63,914 nucleotides of DNA from Octopus bimaculoides (Eukaryota), in contig NC_068987.1 in assembly GCF_001194135.2 (NCBI RefSeq), forward strand, positions 87,720,694-87,784,607, given 5' to 3'. The notes under the pieces are model-generated. The model ran no database searches, was not told the DNA's origin, and worked only from the letters and a program-made list of their open reading frames with translations. Positions 63,405 to 63,914 of this stretch are shown piece by piece. Numbering within the stretch: position 1 is the first letter of the stretch; each line of letters begins with the position of its first letter. Position numbers and translations under genes: made by a program.

Positions 63405-63760
63405 TGGAGACACAATGGCCCAGTGGTTAGGGTAGCGGTAGGATCGCGGTTTCGATTCCCAGACCGGGCGTTGTGAGTGTTTATTGAGCGAAAATACCGG
63501 CAGGGGATGGTGGCGAACCCTGCTGTACTCTTTCACCACAACTTTCTCTCACTCTTTCTTCCTGTTTCTGTTGTGCCTCTAATTCAAAGGGTTAGCCTTG
63601 TCACACTGTGTCACGCTGAATCTCCCCGAGAACTACGTTAAGGGTACACGTGTCTGTGGAGTACTCAGCCACTTGCACGTTAATTTCACGAGCAGGTTAT
63701 TCCGTTGATCGGATCAACTGGAACCCTCGACGTCGTAAGCGACGGAGTGCCAACAACAAC
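63405..63760 (+). mobile_element. Family-D tRNA-derived SINE
   Basis: A box TGGCCCAGTGG, B box GGTTTCGATTCC and a (CAA)n tail. AGGGCAGACTT is repeated on both sides (63391-63401 and 63761-63771). Confidence 0.85.
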
Positions 63761-63914
63761 AGGGCAGACTTGAAGAATAGCTATCGCTATATCACAGAGA
63801 AGGAAATGGGTAAGTCTTTTATAAATTTTCATACAACGGAAATTACTATTCTGAAAAAAAAAAAAAAAGTGGCGGGGTCCGAAATTTTTATTTAAAATAA
63901 AAAATATTTTTGCT

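Noticed and set aside
63405-63475. tRNA gene-like A and B boxes (also at other SINE heads)
   Set aside because: They continue into SINE bodies with tails and TSDs and have no intact cloverleaf, so they are not tRNA genes.

Overview
This is AT-rich eukaryotic DNA with five N-gaps, most likely from an octopus or other coleoid cephalopod (inferred from repeat content, not database-checked). The only host coding sequence I can support is three small minus-strand exons (61653-61729, 50445-50502, 2545-2622). They splice in frame to the tandem WW domains of a PLEKHA5/6/7-like protein: (x)DLHETTSWVHPATNKSAKSGLLYDP-DLPSGWEWSITPEGVVYYVD-HNSQRTTFIHPLTRRTAPPFNDSTQ. The rest is intron (11.2 kb and 47.8 kb introns plus flanks). 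It is packed with tRNA-derived SINEs, 5'-truncated RTE LINEs, MITEs of hAT, piggyBac, Tc1/mariner and Merlin type, a decayed hAT transposase and microsatellites. All ORF-track entries other than the one spanning exon 61653-61729 and the mariner remnant look spurious. The most notable unexplained signals are a type I hammerhead-ribozyme-like motif inside a rearranged, inverted-repeat-rich insertion (36549-36985), several long near-perfect inverted repeats that would give dsRNA in the pre-mRNA, and GG-ended MITEs carrying telomere-like CCCTAA repeats. Repeat-copy coordinates are approximate unless a target-site duplication (TSD) or terminal inverted repeat (TIR) is quoted. All comparisons were done by eye.
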